Below, piece after piece: positions 36,641 through 51,517 of a DNA stretch of 64,000 nt (position 1 is its first letter; each line of letters opens with the position of its first letter). The stretch is taken from contig NC_087467.1 of the NCBI RefSeq assembly GCF_036321535.1, positions 620,001-684,000 of the forward strand, read 5' to 3'. The translations under genes and the position numbers were made by a program. Under the pieces are notes generated by a model. It was not told the DNA's origin, ran no database searches, and worked only from the letters and a program-made list of their open reading frames with translations. Source of the DNA: Camelus dromedarius (lineage: Eukaryota).

Positions 36641-38556
36641 ACGATGTCACGTGCAGCGAGGGCGCAGCTCTTTGAACGCTGCAGCTTTAAAATAAGAAAG
36701 ATTAGGTGGCATAAAACATGCACCGTTTTCCCTTTCCTTTTTTATTCCTCTTGGTTGAAAACAACTTCTTTTTTTTTTCCTCCTCTCTAAATAGCACACT
36801 TCAGAAGTATCTAGGAAGCCACGGAGACAAGTTAAGCTCTGTATGAGCAATTGTTCCACCAACGGAAAAATGCCTGCTTGCAATTCTTCACAATCCTCTG
36901 GCAAGCCTTTCTGAGCAGGTAAATGACTCCATTGCACCAAAGAGCCAAACTACTCCTTCCCTGCCACTCTCTTTCCAGAATACAGAAGAGACTTCAATAC
37001 GTCCTACCAGGTTATTACAAAAGAAACCAGCTGTTGCTTAGTTTGTTATACGGCAGCTGACAACAGATTTTAAACACAATAAAACAAAACCATGTATACC
37101 TTTATTTTCAATATCACAGAAACCTTTTCTTGCTTTATTCTTTGCTATTAGGCTGCGGGTTCGTCCACCGCTGCTCACTGTCTGATTCTAAGACTGTACC
37201 TGCTCATGCATGCCTGTTTGGGACCCAAAGAATGCCAAGTGCTAAATTTAGCACTTGGAACAAAGAACAGGAAGTTTCAAAACAAAGGCAGTATTTACTT
37301 TTTATTTTTATGCTCTTAAGGAAACTATGTCTCTTCTAAATTTTCTGTGTTCAGCAGCTCTCATAGGTGGTGGTGCATCTTAGTTCAATGAATGAAACAC
37401 AGTAGAAGCAGAGCATTCTAACGGTGCTATTCTGCACTGCAGCTTTTCTTAATTTATTCACTCATTCACCGTTTGTTCCTTTAGGGCTTGGTATATGCCA
37501 TTTGCTGTTCCATCATGTCCATCATGAGATACTGGGCACTGTGGGATAGAGACACATTAGTGAGATGGTTTCTGCCTTGACAGAATTCATTTAACCTACA
37601 TGAAAAAGTCTATACACATGCTTTAACACAGAGGAAACTCTGGTAGCATCTCAGAAGAAAAGTAACAACCTTTTCGGAGGCTGTAGGAGTTGGGGATTGA
37701 TAAGGAGAGATTGTCTAAGTCTCCAGATAAGCTAGCCATTTAGCCAGGTCAAGGTAGCTCACCCTATGGGAAGGTCTCGAGAACTTTCTCTGAGCACGTG
37801 AGAGATGTGCAATCCATGTTTATAAAGACTTCGCTTGCCACCATCTCTCTCAGTGTTGTCTTTGTCCCTGGCTCCCATTCTAACACAGCCCAACAAGTTG
37901 TGACGAGTGCATTCTGCTGAATAAGGACAAAGCTTAAATCAGATGCAAATTTCTTAATGCTTCCTTTCCACTTACTGACACTTGCCATTTATATGCAAAT
38001 GTCAGTCTTTTCTCTGATCTTTCTGCAATGCTTGGTCCCACCAACTTTGCCCTAACCCAGCCTTAGATAATGGAGAGCTGTGTTAACTCTGGATCCAGAT
38101 TTAACTGTTTGTCCACTCAGTAACTCAAAAAACCAAAAGTCTTGGGTCATTATTCTTCAGGAAATAGCTCTCCTTAAAGATGTACATCGGAGTCCGGGTG
38201 ATAATGGAATCATAAACTATGGGTGTTAGTCAAAGTGCTTAAAGGTAAATTTCCTGGCTGGATTTCCGCATCCATGAAAGATGATCATTTTTCAAAATCT
38301 CCAGTTTAGCAATCTCATGCCTTTGGCAGAAATGTGCACTGGTGGATTACTAACAGGCTTGTTGAGCACATACATACCCAATCAGGACTTTTCACTAATA
38401 GATGCATCAGCATTGATTTTTCTGTTTTTCTTAAATGCTTATTTCTGATGAAATCTGTCCAGCCTGCTCAGAGGATGAAAGCTGAGCTCTGCATTATTCA
38501 TAGCAGCTTAGGGTGAAATAAACGCTTGCCTAATACTGTATGGCTCAGTGCCCCTG

Positions 38557-38712
38557 NNNNNNNNNNNNNNNNNNNNNNNNNNNNNNNNNNNNNNNNNNNN
38601 NNNNNNNNNNNNNNNNNNNNNNNNNNNNNNNNNNNNNNNNNNNNNNNNNNNNNNNNNNNNNNNNNNNNNNNNNNNNNNNNNNNNNNNNNNNNNNNNNNNN
38701 NNNNNNNNNNNN
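38557..38712. other. Assembly gap (156 N)
   Basis: Run of N. Confidence 0.99.
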
Positions 38713-41700
38713 GATTCAGCCCGAATGGCAGAATCATCAATCGTCTGTGATGAAATTAGGTGCCTAGAGCTTGTGGCATATACAATGTTTTAGTCCTAAT
38801 GGTCTGAGAGTTTTTTCCCTGATATGCATTGAGAAACGCTTCCCTTGCTTCTCGTTGGGGAAATGGATCGCAGCCACAATCGACCAGATGAGCTAAATGA
38901 CCTTTCCTTATTTGAAATGCCCTGGGATTTTACAAGAGGAAAAGATCCATATATGCAAGAGGAAGTGCAATGTAAACTTTTCAAAGGCACTTTAATAGGC
39001 TGCTTTTAAAATATAATTTAAATGTGGAGGAACCCCAGTACGGAATACTTATATTGACTAAAGACAAGATGTCTTTCAGACTTTGGAGGCACGGCATTAT
39101 TTATTCTGTAGCAAACAGCAAATAAAAGATGCTGTCAATAGTATTGCTTTTGTCTATACAGGGCTTTGTATTTGCTAAAGCATGTTATGTTTAGTTCTTG
39201 CAATAATATCCAGAAGAAAGAGTTGTGTCTTATTCCATTGTACAGACAGTGAGCTTAAGAAACTCCACAGTCAACAACAGAGCGTGCCAGGATGGGTTAG
39301 ACCAAAATTGTTCTTTCTGTTACCCGCCATTGTCTCCCCAATATTTTAGTAGGAGTAGCAATGAGCCATTCTATAATGAAAGTATTTTGCATGTAGGACA
39401 ATGAATAAGAAAGTAAACTTTAAATGGTACGCTAGTTGCTGATACAACCACACCCTTCCGTCTTTACATATAAAGGTCAACAGCAAACATCGCTATATTT
39501 TTGCAATACCTGATGAGGAAGACATTGTTATTTCTCAACTTGCAAGCTTCCAAAACAGGCTGAATAAGAATACTTTCTCTGCATTGATTACAAAAGACAC
39601 ATGTTTCACATTTCCCCGAGTCAACTCTCTGTACCTGGGTACCGTTGTTGTTAGGGATTTGATTTTGTTTAATTTTGTTTTGTTGTCATTGGAGATAGCT
39701 AAGTGGCTGTGAGAGGAATTAGTGTTTATTTAGGACTATTCATCATGCCTGTTACACAATTCAAGGCCCAGGGCTAACCACTTCACATCTATTAACAGCT
39801 CAGTCTCCAAGCAGCTTCCTAAATTAATCTGCTTGCCAAAAGTATCCTCTGATTCACAGTTAAGAGGGAAAGGAAATCCTCCAGTTCCCTGGGATAGTGC
39901 TCATTAGCATAGGGCACATATAGACATTGCAGATCTCCTCGGATTTGCTGGTATTTACATACTGTTTGACATGCATTAGGATGTAAAGGATGGGCACTCT
40001 AAAATGTTAGCCCACTGGGCAAATGAACTAGAATCAAATGCATACTGTTAGCACTGCTTTCCTGTTCAATTACACAGCGGTTTGGTTAAGAGTTGAGTTG
40101 ACACAAGCCTGCCAATCCCCATTCTTTATGATAGTCAAATGTCAAGTACGTTGCAAGCGAGCATTGGCATATGACAAATCGATACAAAATCAGTGGTAAT
40201 GAGGGCTTTATGGAAGTCCAGGTTACACACTTAGGTGAGGATAAATGAAACTGTAAGAAACGAGGTCAGGGCAGATTTTAGGTTCAGGCTCCTCTGGTTC
40301 TTCTTAGCAGATATGCTGTTTTCATTCTCCTCTGTGATAATACCCTTTAGAACGTAAGTCAGCTGAGCCACAGTCGCATCCCCGTTCACTGTTCCTAAGC
40401 TTCTCGATGCTGCAATATACCTAACACCACGTACAGAGGTACTGTCATGCACATTTGGTTTACTTCTTCATTGACGATGGATTCCAAGTACAGAGGAGTG
40501 AAATGACTTGGACTTCAAAGAGAGTGACAAAGTGTGTGAGATCAGCAATAAAAATCTAGGCTCATTAATTATAGAATTTAGAAATTTTCAATTTTTGGCC
40601 CCTGATCTTTCATGGTGGCTGGAGTTTTGACACCTCTCACCTGAGCGAGTGTGCCAGGAATGCTCAAAACATCTTCCAAACAGCAGAAGGACCATTTGAA
40701 CTGAAGAGGAGTCTTCGGGCATGCCATATTCTGGGAATACAGACTTGATCAAATAATTTGATTTCTCTGAGACTGTTTTTATTTCTCAGGTAACAGAAGC
40801 AAAATATGTATCACAGTGTTTGACACATATTGGGATTTCTGGTATATATGAAGCATTCAAGATACAATAGCAATTATTCTTAATTTGCTTTTCTTCACCA
40901 CCATCACCATGGAATATTGGCAAGGTCTTAGACCATTTTGTCATAGATCAGGATTCACATACCTGTCATTCTACAATTACTCTGTGTGTCTCTAGAAACA
41001 TCTCTTGTCCTCCCAGAATCTCTGTAACTCCATCTAAAAATTGAGGATAACAGAATTATCTAGGTGCAATATTGTAAGTAGTACAGTACAGATCACATTA
41101 CAAATCACTAAAAATGAAAGTTATAATATTTATTAAATAACAATGTATACTTATAAATATATAATTTTAAATAGATGTAATATAACCTATGCAATATATA
41201 TGTGCTATAATATATGAATGAGACATATATTGAAATATTATATTATTTATTATTATCATCATTATTCACATTTATGAAGGGACACATTTAACCATGTATT
41301 TTTGCCAGTGAACTATTTCTACTCTAATTTTTAAATGCAGAGAAATTAGCAAGGTGATTATAGTTACAAATCTTTACCAAAAAAGGAGTAAAGAATAGAG
41401 ATTTTAAAAACCAATGATTAATGAGCTTCAATCCCTAACTGAAAAAGAAAGAAAAAAAGGACTTTCTGAGGATGACCTCTGGGTCTTTCCTCTTTAGCTA
41501 CATTCTATTCTCATGTTTATCTCTTTTCAGGATTGAAAAACATCTGAATGGTCCCTCATTCAGTCATTAAGAAGGGACCAGGAACATAACACTCCACTCT
41601 CTTCTCATTTGAGACCCACCTGCGTGGAGATCACTGGGGGCATTAGAGTAAGGATGACACTATCAGTCATTACATTTTGCATTTCTATAGTGATTTATTC

Positions 41701-42819
41701 TTTGCAAAATTGATACTCATTCATCCCGCAAGAACTTCATCCATTTGGCCGGGCCTTCCATCCTGTTGGTTTATACTAACTGGTGATGAAGACACTCAGA
41801 TTCTTTAGTCAGAAAATGTTTGTTTCCCAAATCTATAGAAGTAGCCTAGCTGATTTTAAATTCAGCTAATACGAAACCATTTTGAATTAGGCATAATTAA
41901 CAGCAAAACAAAAACAAAAACAAAAACATTTTAACTAACTGGTTTACACTCCTCCCTAGTGCTCTCATTAGATAACAAATGTTGGGACATTTCTTCTATG
42001 GCAAAGACCTTATAAATGAGGTACATTAGGGGTGAGGAAAAGAGGCTTGGAAACATTGAGCAACTTGCTGAGAATTACTCAGCTGGTGAAGACCAAAAGT
42101 TGGATTTGAACTCGGGCAGTCTATGTTTGCAGTCTAAACTGATCATTTTTATAACACATAGTATTGTCTTGCTCATCAGTTTCATATTCTCAAAACATAG
42201 AGACAAGGTTAAGGAGATTACACAAAGTCTAGAATAAATGCTTGGGAGACTTGAGATTTAAATGTGAAGATTCTTCTTCCTTACATTAAGAATTCTGGAT
42301 TTGGGAGTGAGGGCAGAATTAGTGCGAGATAAGATTTTACATAATTCCGTTTTTTTGACTAGCTGTGCAAGCACAAAATTCAGCGATCTCTCACCACCAA
42401 TATCCCTCGCTGTTGTTTGCCTTGCAAACATATGGAATTGGCAATTAGCAGTTTACAGTCCTGATGTTTCACTTTCGCTGTCATCTGAGCTTTTTCTCAA
42501 CTTAGTACTGTAGAAACCTGCCAAGCCTATAACAAGCTTTGAGAGATGGGGCCCAGCACTTGGGGAAACAGCTGACAGGCTGATCTGACCTGGTCTGCGT
42601 GTGTGTGTCAGCCTGTCTCCATTCTGTTGCAGTAACTTCCCTGGGTCCACAAATTTAAGTTTGTTTATGTAACTTGGCAGAGCACCCTGGCCGTGATAAT
42701 GTGCTATGTTGTCTTCACAAGAAGACTGAAGGCCACATGGGTAACTCAGGCACTGGGTGGTAAAGAATTTGGCTTTGCCCAAGGAGAGATCTGGCTACTG
42801 CCCTCAGCTTCTAGGAGGT

Positions 42820-43350
42820 AACATTTGTCATACTTAATAGAAGTGCATTTGTTAAAGGTGGAGGCTGATGTCAAATCTTAGGGTGCAGCCAACAATACCT
42901 GATAGTCTTAGGGTGGGGGCTGAAAATGACAAAAGGGCAATCTTGTGATTTAGGTCGCACAGGATCAGTTGATCTCGAAACTGAGTCCAAGCATGAAGGT
43001 GATTACTGGTCAGTCATGTGTACATAATGGAGCCTTAGTGAAAACTCTGGACATTAAGGCTTGCGTGAAATTCCCCAGCTGGTGATAAATACTCTAAGAG
43101 ACTTGTCAGATATCAATGCTGGGGGCATAATGCACCCTGAACATTTGTGTTGGAACCCTCCCAGACCCTACCCTATGAGTGTCTTCCTTTGGCTGGTTTT
43201 ATTCTGTATCTTTTCCCTGTAATGAACCATAAGTGTGAGTATAATAGCTTTTAGTGTGTTCTGTCAGTCCTTGTAGTGAATTTTCAAAAACAAAAATCAT
43301 CTTGGGGACTCTCAGAACTTGCAGTTGGTGTCAGAAGTGAGAGCAGCCTT
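42820..43350 (+). mobile_element. MER21-like (ERVL) LTR
   Basis: ggaaccctcccagaccctaccctatg..cctttggctggttttattctgtatc..gagtataatagcttt..tcttggggactctcagaacttgcagttggtgtcagaagtgag. Confidence 0.65.
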
Positions 43351-45933
43351 GGTAACTGTGACCTCACGCTTCGCAGTTTGGCTAATTACGGGTGGGTACA
43401 CAGAAAAAGAGAGACAGAGAGAGGGGAGGGAGAGAGAATAGCCAGCCTTGAAACTGGTGATTATATCCAAATCTTGGATCTGTTCCACCCTTTGGATAGC
43501 TTATTTCAACTCCGTGATTTTCCACCTGATAATATGGGGGTTGACACAACATACCTAGCAGGATTGCTGTGAGGATCAAAAAAGACCGTAGCTGCAGGGT
43601 GTTCCCAGCGTGATGCCTGACACCTGGTAGGTGCTTCGTAAACATTAGTTTACTGTTCAAAATTCAGGACAGGCTCTTGGAAGCAATCTGAGGAAAACTT
43701 CTACCCTGGGCTGAGTATAGCCATTTCAGACACAATTGTTGAAGAACTAGAAGAGAGTTCGGGGTGGTGGAAGGATGCTGCATCGCAGGTAGCAAATAGT
43801 TAAAGGTGAAACAACTTGCCCCTTCCTACATGCCCACAGAGAAACAATTCAGTAGAGCTTTTGAAGAACTGCTCTTGAAAGGGGAAGACCGAAGTTCTGC
43901 TGATTGGAGTGACTTCTTTGAGGAATCACAAGCTATGGGGTATAGACAGCATGTAAGTTCATGTATTTCTTCAAAGGGCATTTATTAGAATTTTTGATGT
44001 GCCTGAAGGATTATCAGGTAGAAGCTGAGGAATTATCAGTTAACAGACAAAATTCCTCTTCTCGTGAAATAAACAAGTAAGAATACAACGTACATGTCAC
44101 GTACTAATCATTGCTGTGAAGCAAAATGAAGCAGGCGAAGTGGATGGAATGTGAGGAGGGCACTGTTATTTGATCATAGGGGGTCAATGGAAAGATGACG
44201 TTTTAATCAGACACCTGAGCACAGGGAGTGGACAAGCTTTGTCAGTATCTGGGGAAGGATGTTCGAGGCAGGGACATCTTAAAGTGAGACATTCCTGGAT
44301 ATGTTGGAAGAGCAGCAGGAGACCAACATGGACTTAACATTTAATTTTACTAAAACTCTCTAGTCAATTTATACATTTTAATTTAATTTAATCCTATTTC
44401 AATGTAATTTTTTTAATTGGACCAAATATTTCTACAGACCTCTGAAGGAATGTGTAACTAAGAAATAAAATTAAAAGAACTATGTAGTGGGACTTCCCCA
44501 ATAAGTTATTAAAAAGTATTATAAAGTGACAGTGAGTAGAATATAGAGAGGATCCAAGAATCAACAGCCACGTTGGCGTAATGGCAGCAGCCTGGAAATG
44601 CTCCCTGAGATCTAGTAACTAACGTCTAAAACCACTACAGAACCATCAGAAACCATTAGTAAAGGGATAGATTATTCATTAAATTATATGGGGAATTTTT
44701 GCTAATTGGAAAATTAATAAGTTAGGATCTCCCCATACTCTAGGCACCAGAAGTATTTTTCAGATGAGTTAATTTTAAATATAAACATTGCAATCTACAA
44801 AAATGGGAAGACATCATGGATTAGTATTGGGACCATCTTAGGTTAGAAAATGGTTTGCAACATATTTAGTTCAAATATAAATTTAAAAAAAACATACATA
44901 CATTAAAATACAGTAAATATTTCTCCAAAATTACTTGTGATTAATGTTTTCAAATCATACAAGAAGAAAATAGTTGAAGGGAAATGGCTACACAGGACAT
45001 TTTTCTGCTATCTCAGCGTTTTTCTGTATTTTTCAGTTTCTTCTGTGTTCTAACCATAAGCCTGTTGGTGTTATCTGAAATTTGTTTTTTTAACCCCAAA
45101 TTTAAAAGTTGTACTCATCAGAAGTTTTAAATTTAGCATTGTTTGCCATCAGTCATGTCCAGATAATATTTTTAAATCATGCTTCCCCATACAAGAAGCA
45201 GAGGAACTTAAATAGGCTTCAGAAAAGAACCATCTTGCTTGGATGGTTCATAATATTTCTGGTCGGTCATAATATTTCTGGAGACCATAATAAAATCCCC
45301 AACCACGGAAGGAGACATTTGAGAACATTTGGATCCCACTTTGAAAGTAGGATGTTTTATTTTCCCCTCCATTTCACTCACAATCAGAAACATATGGGAT
45401 ACTTTATTTGCAGGCTACAAAAAACAAATCAAACAGGCAATCCTGCTTTGGAAAGAATTTATTCTTCCTGTGGCTCAGGAGTCTAGCTCTGTGTCTGCAC
45501 TTGCAAGCCGTCACTTTCTCTCTAGAGTCATCAAGGTTAATTGCCATTCTGTGCCCTCTGTTGCTGCCTCCACCCTGCGTGACGTTATCAGGTCTGGTCC
45601 CATTTACCCTCCTGACGCTAATTATTCTGTTGTCTTCTTTTGCTTCTTGGAAATGGGTTGTTTTACCTGATTTCTGCCAGTTGCTCTGTTAGGATTACTA
45701 CTTGTGTGTTTGTTTTTCTGATGAGGCCCCGTATCTCTTTCTTTGAGTCTCCTGGTTCTCTACCCAAAGGTATTCGCTAGTCGCAGGCACCTCATTCCTA
45801 CAGGGTTTTGTTGGTGAACCTGGAAGCAGGTGACAGAGGATGCGCCCACTGCCGATCCCTAGGTGTCGCCCCTCGCTCACACACAGCAAAGGAGTTGCTG
45901 AAAGGTGTGTTAACTACCTCGCTACATCACATA

Positions 45934-46360
45934 CAGATTACCCCCACTATCCAAAACTAGAACATTCCTATAAAACCATTCATAATCTGAAATGGCATAA
46001 AGCAAAGAAGCCATTATCTCAGGACACACCTTGCTAAGGGATGCACACACAAAAAAATGGAGATACAGCACAGAGACTCACAGACACAGTTCCAAGCTAT
46101 GGCGGCTGGATGCTGGGATGCTGAGTGTAGTTCTCAGGGAAAGAGCTTGGTGGGGCCACTCTCACGGCCCCAAGTGCTTGCTGCCTCTCCGAGGGCTCGC
46201 TGCAGAACCAACACTGAACAGTGTTTTTGCTTCTCATCTTTTTTCTTAACAATGAAATCCTCTTCAGATTTCTTTTGGTTAGCAAAAAACAGGCACTAAA
46301 GCAGGTCTTTTGTAAAAGTGAAGTGGTGTACAGCAAACTTTCTTCAACAGGAGAATACTG
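45934..46360. mobile_element. Putative TcMar-Tigger non-autonomous DNA element
   Basis: TA|cagattacccc ... ggagaatactg|TA, i.e. CAG/CTG termini with a TA duplication. Subfamily not identified. Confidence 0.5.
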
Positions 46361-49300
46361 TAGTGGTTACATCTTTCTCTGTTGAACCGGTATTTTCTGC
46401 AACGGGACGTCATGACTGAATGCAGTGGGAAGACAGAAGCGGCTTTTTAGAATCAGACAGAATTTGCTGCTAGTGGGTTAAATCTAATCATTGATTTGTG
46501 GAATGTTTTAGAGCTTGAGGCCTCTCTTATAGCTGCATTTCTTAGATGTTCAACAATATTAATGTAACCTAAACTATGCTGATAACCTTGCCTTTTTTTC
46601 CCCTTCTCCTTGGGACCTCTCCTCTTTAGACTTCATTTCTGCCTGAAGATGGTTTAAGAACTCCTAGCAAAGGTTCTTTAACTCCCTTCTCCATCTTAAG
46701 AATATTCTAGCAACCCCCAAACAAGTTCTTCGAATGTATAAATGGTGACTGAGAACCACAGAAAGGTGAATAAAGTATTTGTGAGATAAATCAATCGTAG
46801 CATGGAATATCAGTAATTTGAGTCAGGGACTAGATCTTGCTTTAGACGCTGGCACCTCGGATATGCTGAACAAAAAAAAATGTTAATGGAACAATACTTT
46901 CACAGTGGGAAGAGGTATCTAAGTGACTTGATCCAAGCACAAATCTATAAGTGTTTATTTTGCAGATCACAAAAACAAAACACAGTGATTTGCAAAATAT
47001 TAAAAAGTAGAAGTATTCGCATGTAGGCATGGGTATAAAGTTGCAGTAAAAAATTAAATATCAGGAAATATGGATGCCTAAAGAAGGCTTTCTCTGTGAC
47101 ACTAAATTTTCATCACTTTGGGGAATTTAAGGATTTATGACCAGACCCATTCATGCAGGTGTCAGAGGTAAGAAGTTGTTGCGTGGGTTATGGTTTAAAG
47201 TCCTTCGTGAAACTCATTCTTATTGACTAGCTTACTGGTCTTTTTCCATATCCTCGCCTTATATGGTGCTGATGGAGAATGCTGACTGATATGTTTTTTT
47301 TCTTTTCCCTCTGCATAAAAAGTTTTAATTTTTCCAAACAAAAATTTTCAAATGGCAAAAACAGAAATTCAAAAGTTGCAAATTTGCAGCTGTAGGCTGT
47401 GGGGAGAGGAAAACTGTACCCATCAAATCTGCAAAATATGTGAGCACGTAGAAAAATCAATTGATTGGCAGCTGTGGGGATTTATGTCTCTCTTTAATTG
47501 CTTAAAATCAGTGAGTTGGGAGACTTCACTAGACTTGGCAGCATTTCAAGTTGAGGACTGTTCCTCTTTCGTAGGAGACTGAGAAGGCTGAAATGTAAAT
47601 GATACCTTTAAAAAGAAAAAGGGAAGAGAAAGGAACAAGGGAAGATAATGGACAAGTTACAACCAGAGAAGATGGAGGAAGTTCAGTGTCATAACCTTAG
47701 GGAAGGTAAGGGGGGAGGAAGTTCAAGGAAGTCTAGAATTTTTATCATCAACGGCAGAGATGTTAACTATCCTAGACTGATACAAACAAATATATTTTAA
47801 AAATAGCAGTTAAAAAACCCTCAGCATTATATAACTGAGAATAGAGTTTTAATAAGAGGAAGTTATACTGCTGGAAACTTACCCAAACAATATACATTTT
47901 ATACATTAACTCGGCTGTTAATTTATCAACAAAGTAGGCTATGATGGGATAGTTAAATATTATGAGCCATTTTCCATTTTCTTTTCCTTCTGAGGGGTCT
48001 AGTTACTAACTTTACTTTTCTTAAAAAATATTCCAGAAAAAAAAAAACCTAACAACAGAATATAGTAGATAATATAATTATGTGATCAGTTTTGAGATTT
48101 CTATGATTCTCTTTGTGTGTGTGCATGTGGGGGATAACAATTTCTTTCTGGTGTGAGGGAGAGATTTCATTACCTATTCACTCAATAAACATTGTGTAAA
48201 CAACAACTCTGAACCAGACTCAGAAGAAAAAGATTCAGCTTGTAACTCAGAGATTTACCTAATAATGTTAGGATACAGTATCAGTCAGGGTTCCGTCCAG
48301 AGACAGAAATTTTTCTCAGCATCGTATTTCATTGTTTCTAGAATGCACGTGTTTCCACTTTCGTCATCTCTGAAATCTTGAAACATCTTAAAAGTAGTGG
48401 TATGTTATCATTTAATTAGATGCTTTCTAAATCCATGGAGGTGGAGGTCATGGAGAACTTCTAATTCTAAAAAAAAAAAAAAAAAAAGTTATTGGAACCC
48501 CAGGAAGCTACATCTGTGGATTCTCAGCTGCTTGTAACACTGAAGGTGTGGGAACTAGGAGGTAAATATAAACCTCATGCTTGTCATTGCCCACATGTCT
48601 GCCTGTCGCCACAGGGGGAAACAGTTTCTTCTTTTCCATTTTTAACATTTCATGGGGTGCCTCTTGCTGGTAGAGTTTAAATAGAACACTGTTGGCAAGA
48701 GACTCTGCTATATAGTCTAAAGGCTTTCAGCTCCTATACCACAGGGAATAACTGAAAGGACAGAGATAATGCTGACAATCTCTGTACAGACACATCAAAT
48801 AATGAGCAAAGCACTTAAGCAACGTTGAGGTGTAACATTTGGATATTTGAAATTGCAAGGTACTAAAGGTAAATTGAAATTTGCAAATTTGCTAGTTTTT
48901 TAAATGAATTTCATATTTTATAGACTGTAAAGTAGGTATAATTAGCAAATTATATTAATGAGGAAGTTGAAGTTATAAAAGGTTGATTTTTCCAAGGTTA
49001 TGCATGTACCAAGTGTTATGGTCAAGATTTGAATCCAGGTTTTTGAAAGATCAAAACCCATGATTTTTCCCCTGCACCAGGTTACTTCCCACTAGAAAGC
49101 TGAGGAAATAATGCTGCCACATTGAAAATACATGTTCAATACACAGAATGAAGCCTATCATTACAGGAGTGATGAAAAGGGAAACTTACAGAATTATTTT
49201 CTCTTATTGCTTTAGAATAGGGAAGATTTCAGAGATCACAAATTGTCCCTACATGCCTCTTGAGGTCTGGTGGATGTTGCAAAAATAAATCATTTTTACT

Positions 49301-49559
49301 TTTGATAAAAATTTTGTAAACAATGTGTGGATTTCTTTTCCTTCACCACTTTTTTGGTAACATCTAAATCCTCAGTTTAAAATATTTTAATATTCTAAAT
49401 CTTATATATTCTTAAATCAAGGTAGGTTTTTGTTTTTATCATAGTACATATGTTTTTCTGTCATATTGCCAGTGCTCTCCTGTTTTGATTATTGCATATT
49501 GGTATAAAAGCTAGCATTCTAAATCCCTCTCATTCATCTTGTTTTCCAGCTTGTCTGAT

Positions 49560-51000
49560 ATATATTCACTTATTTTATCATTTTTGTTTAGAAAATTGTC
49601 ATATCACACTTCTAAAAAACACCATGGAAATTTTTGCTCAGATTCCTTCATCTTCCAAATTAAAGCCTCAACTGGAATCATTCCTTCAGGGGTTCTTCAT
49701 ATTTTCTGTGTTTCTTAAGATTTTTGCTGTAGCCCTCAGTAATGCTTTGTAGATTTTCTCATAATAGTTCCTGAAACTTTCTTTTTAAGTTTATTCCTAA
49801 GTATTTTGTCATATGGTTAGTATTGACAATGTCATTTATTTTCCATTAAGCTTTATGTTTTTGTTTTTTGTGTTTTTTTTTTTTTTTGCTGGTATAAAGA
49901 ATATATTAATTAAAAAAAAAAGTTTATCACAATCTACCCATATACTCCAACACATTTTAATAGTTTGTTTTTTTGTCTAATTATACAATGATATAATCTA
50001 CAAGTAGTTCTAATTGTCCTGCTTTGGAATTTTATTGCTATATTTCTTATTTTCCCCTTCCTCTTCCTTTTCTTCCTTTATCTCATCTTTCTTCTCCTCC
50101 TCATTCCTCTTTTTTTTTTCTTCCTCCTCCCCCACCTCTTCCCTCCACTGTCACCATCCTCCTCTTTCTTCTCCTCTTCCTTCTTCCATGATGGTTACTA
50201 GACCTTCCAAAGGATTGACAGTTGTGATAGAAAGTGATGGTGGTAGTAGGAGCCTTGCCTCTGACTCTATTGTTAATGGCTGGTGTAGTATTGAACAACT
50301 CTTGGATTCTTGTCATAAACACTGCATGTTTACAGTGTATTATTTTTAATATCATGCTGAATTTGATTGGCTAGTACTTTAGATTTCACATTTAAACTCA
50401 AAAGTGAGTTTTCTGTAGTTTTACTTTTATGACCTATTTATTATTTGAAAGTAGAAATTGGGAGATTTTCCACAATTATGTGTTCTTAATGTTGTATTGA
50501 GTTTTATAACCATACTTTGTCTAAATTCTATGTTTAACCAGTTTTATTACTTACCACTGGTTATTTTATACCAACACTTGCATAGTGGCTGTTCTGCTCA
50601 TCTCTTATTAAGAGGAAATTACTATAACGCACAGCTTGCTCTGTCCCTCTTGCCAGATGCTATGCATAAGGTCTACTCTGAATTCCTTGTCATTCACTCA
50701 CTCTCATCTAAGAAGGACTTCACTGGTTACTTTTGTTTTTCACAAAACCTATGTCAGTATCTTCCATCCTTTAGGATGAAAAAAACCTTTTGAAGCCAGT
50801 CTGTGATTTTACCTACACAGAAGCAGCTCTTTCCACCTAAATGTCTTCTGAAGTGTTTTCAAATCTTTGAAATTTATCTTTTGAAATTTCAATTTTCCTT
50901 GTAAATCACATCACCTGTTTTACCCCGTAGGATTGTGATTGCTGAATTGCTAATATATTTTAGCTAAGTTTTCTTCCATTTTTGTACTCTTTCTGTTCTG
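49560..51000 (-). mobile_element. Old L1 ORF2 antisense fragments with an internal CT-rich low-complexity tract (about 50040-50190)
   Basis: aatgctttgtagattttctcataatag..ttattcctaagtattttg..; gatggtggtagtaggagccttgcctc..; pyrimidine-only tract visible. Confidence 0.55.
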
Positions 51001-51517
51001 TGAGTTTTATTATATTTTTATGGGAGTGTTTCTTGGCTGTGTCATCCTCTACTCAGAACTTCCATTGGCTTCCTGTTTTACTCAGAGCCAAAGCGAGGGC
51101 TTAGTTTTGCCCTCCAAGGTATGGATGGTGCTTCTCCCTTGCTTCTTTGAGCTGTCCCCTACTTAACTCTCACTTGTCTCACTGTTGGCTATGACACTTG
51201 TCCTTCCCTCTTCGTGGAATGTTCTCCCCATAAACAAATGCACAACTAGATCCTTCACCTCCTCAAGGGTCTTGATTCCAAACTCACCCTCCTATAAAGC
51301 TTCCTCCAATTTTAATCTCCCATTAACATTTTGTGTTCCCATTGCCTGATTTACTTAGTTTTCTTATCATTACATGAAATGCTTTGCATTTTACTTACAC
51401 ATCATTTTTACTGTTGGTCTATTTCATGGAAATATAAGCTTTACAAGGGCAGGGCTTCTGTTGTTTTGTTTACTCCCGCAACCCCTGTTCCCAGAGTGAG
51501 GCATGGCACTTAATAGC

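Noticed and set aside
50014-50355. Ser/Phe-rich and Arg/Gly-rich ORFs
   Set aside because: They are translations of a CT-rich low-complexity tract within old L1.
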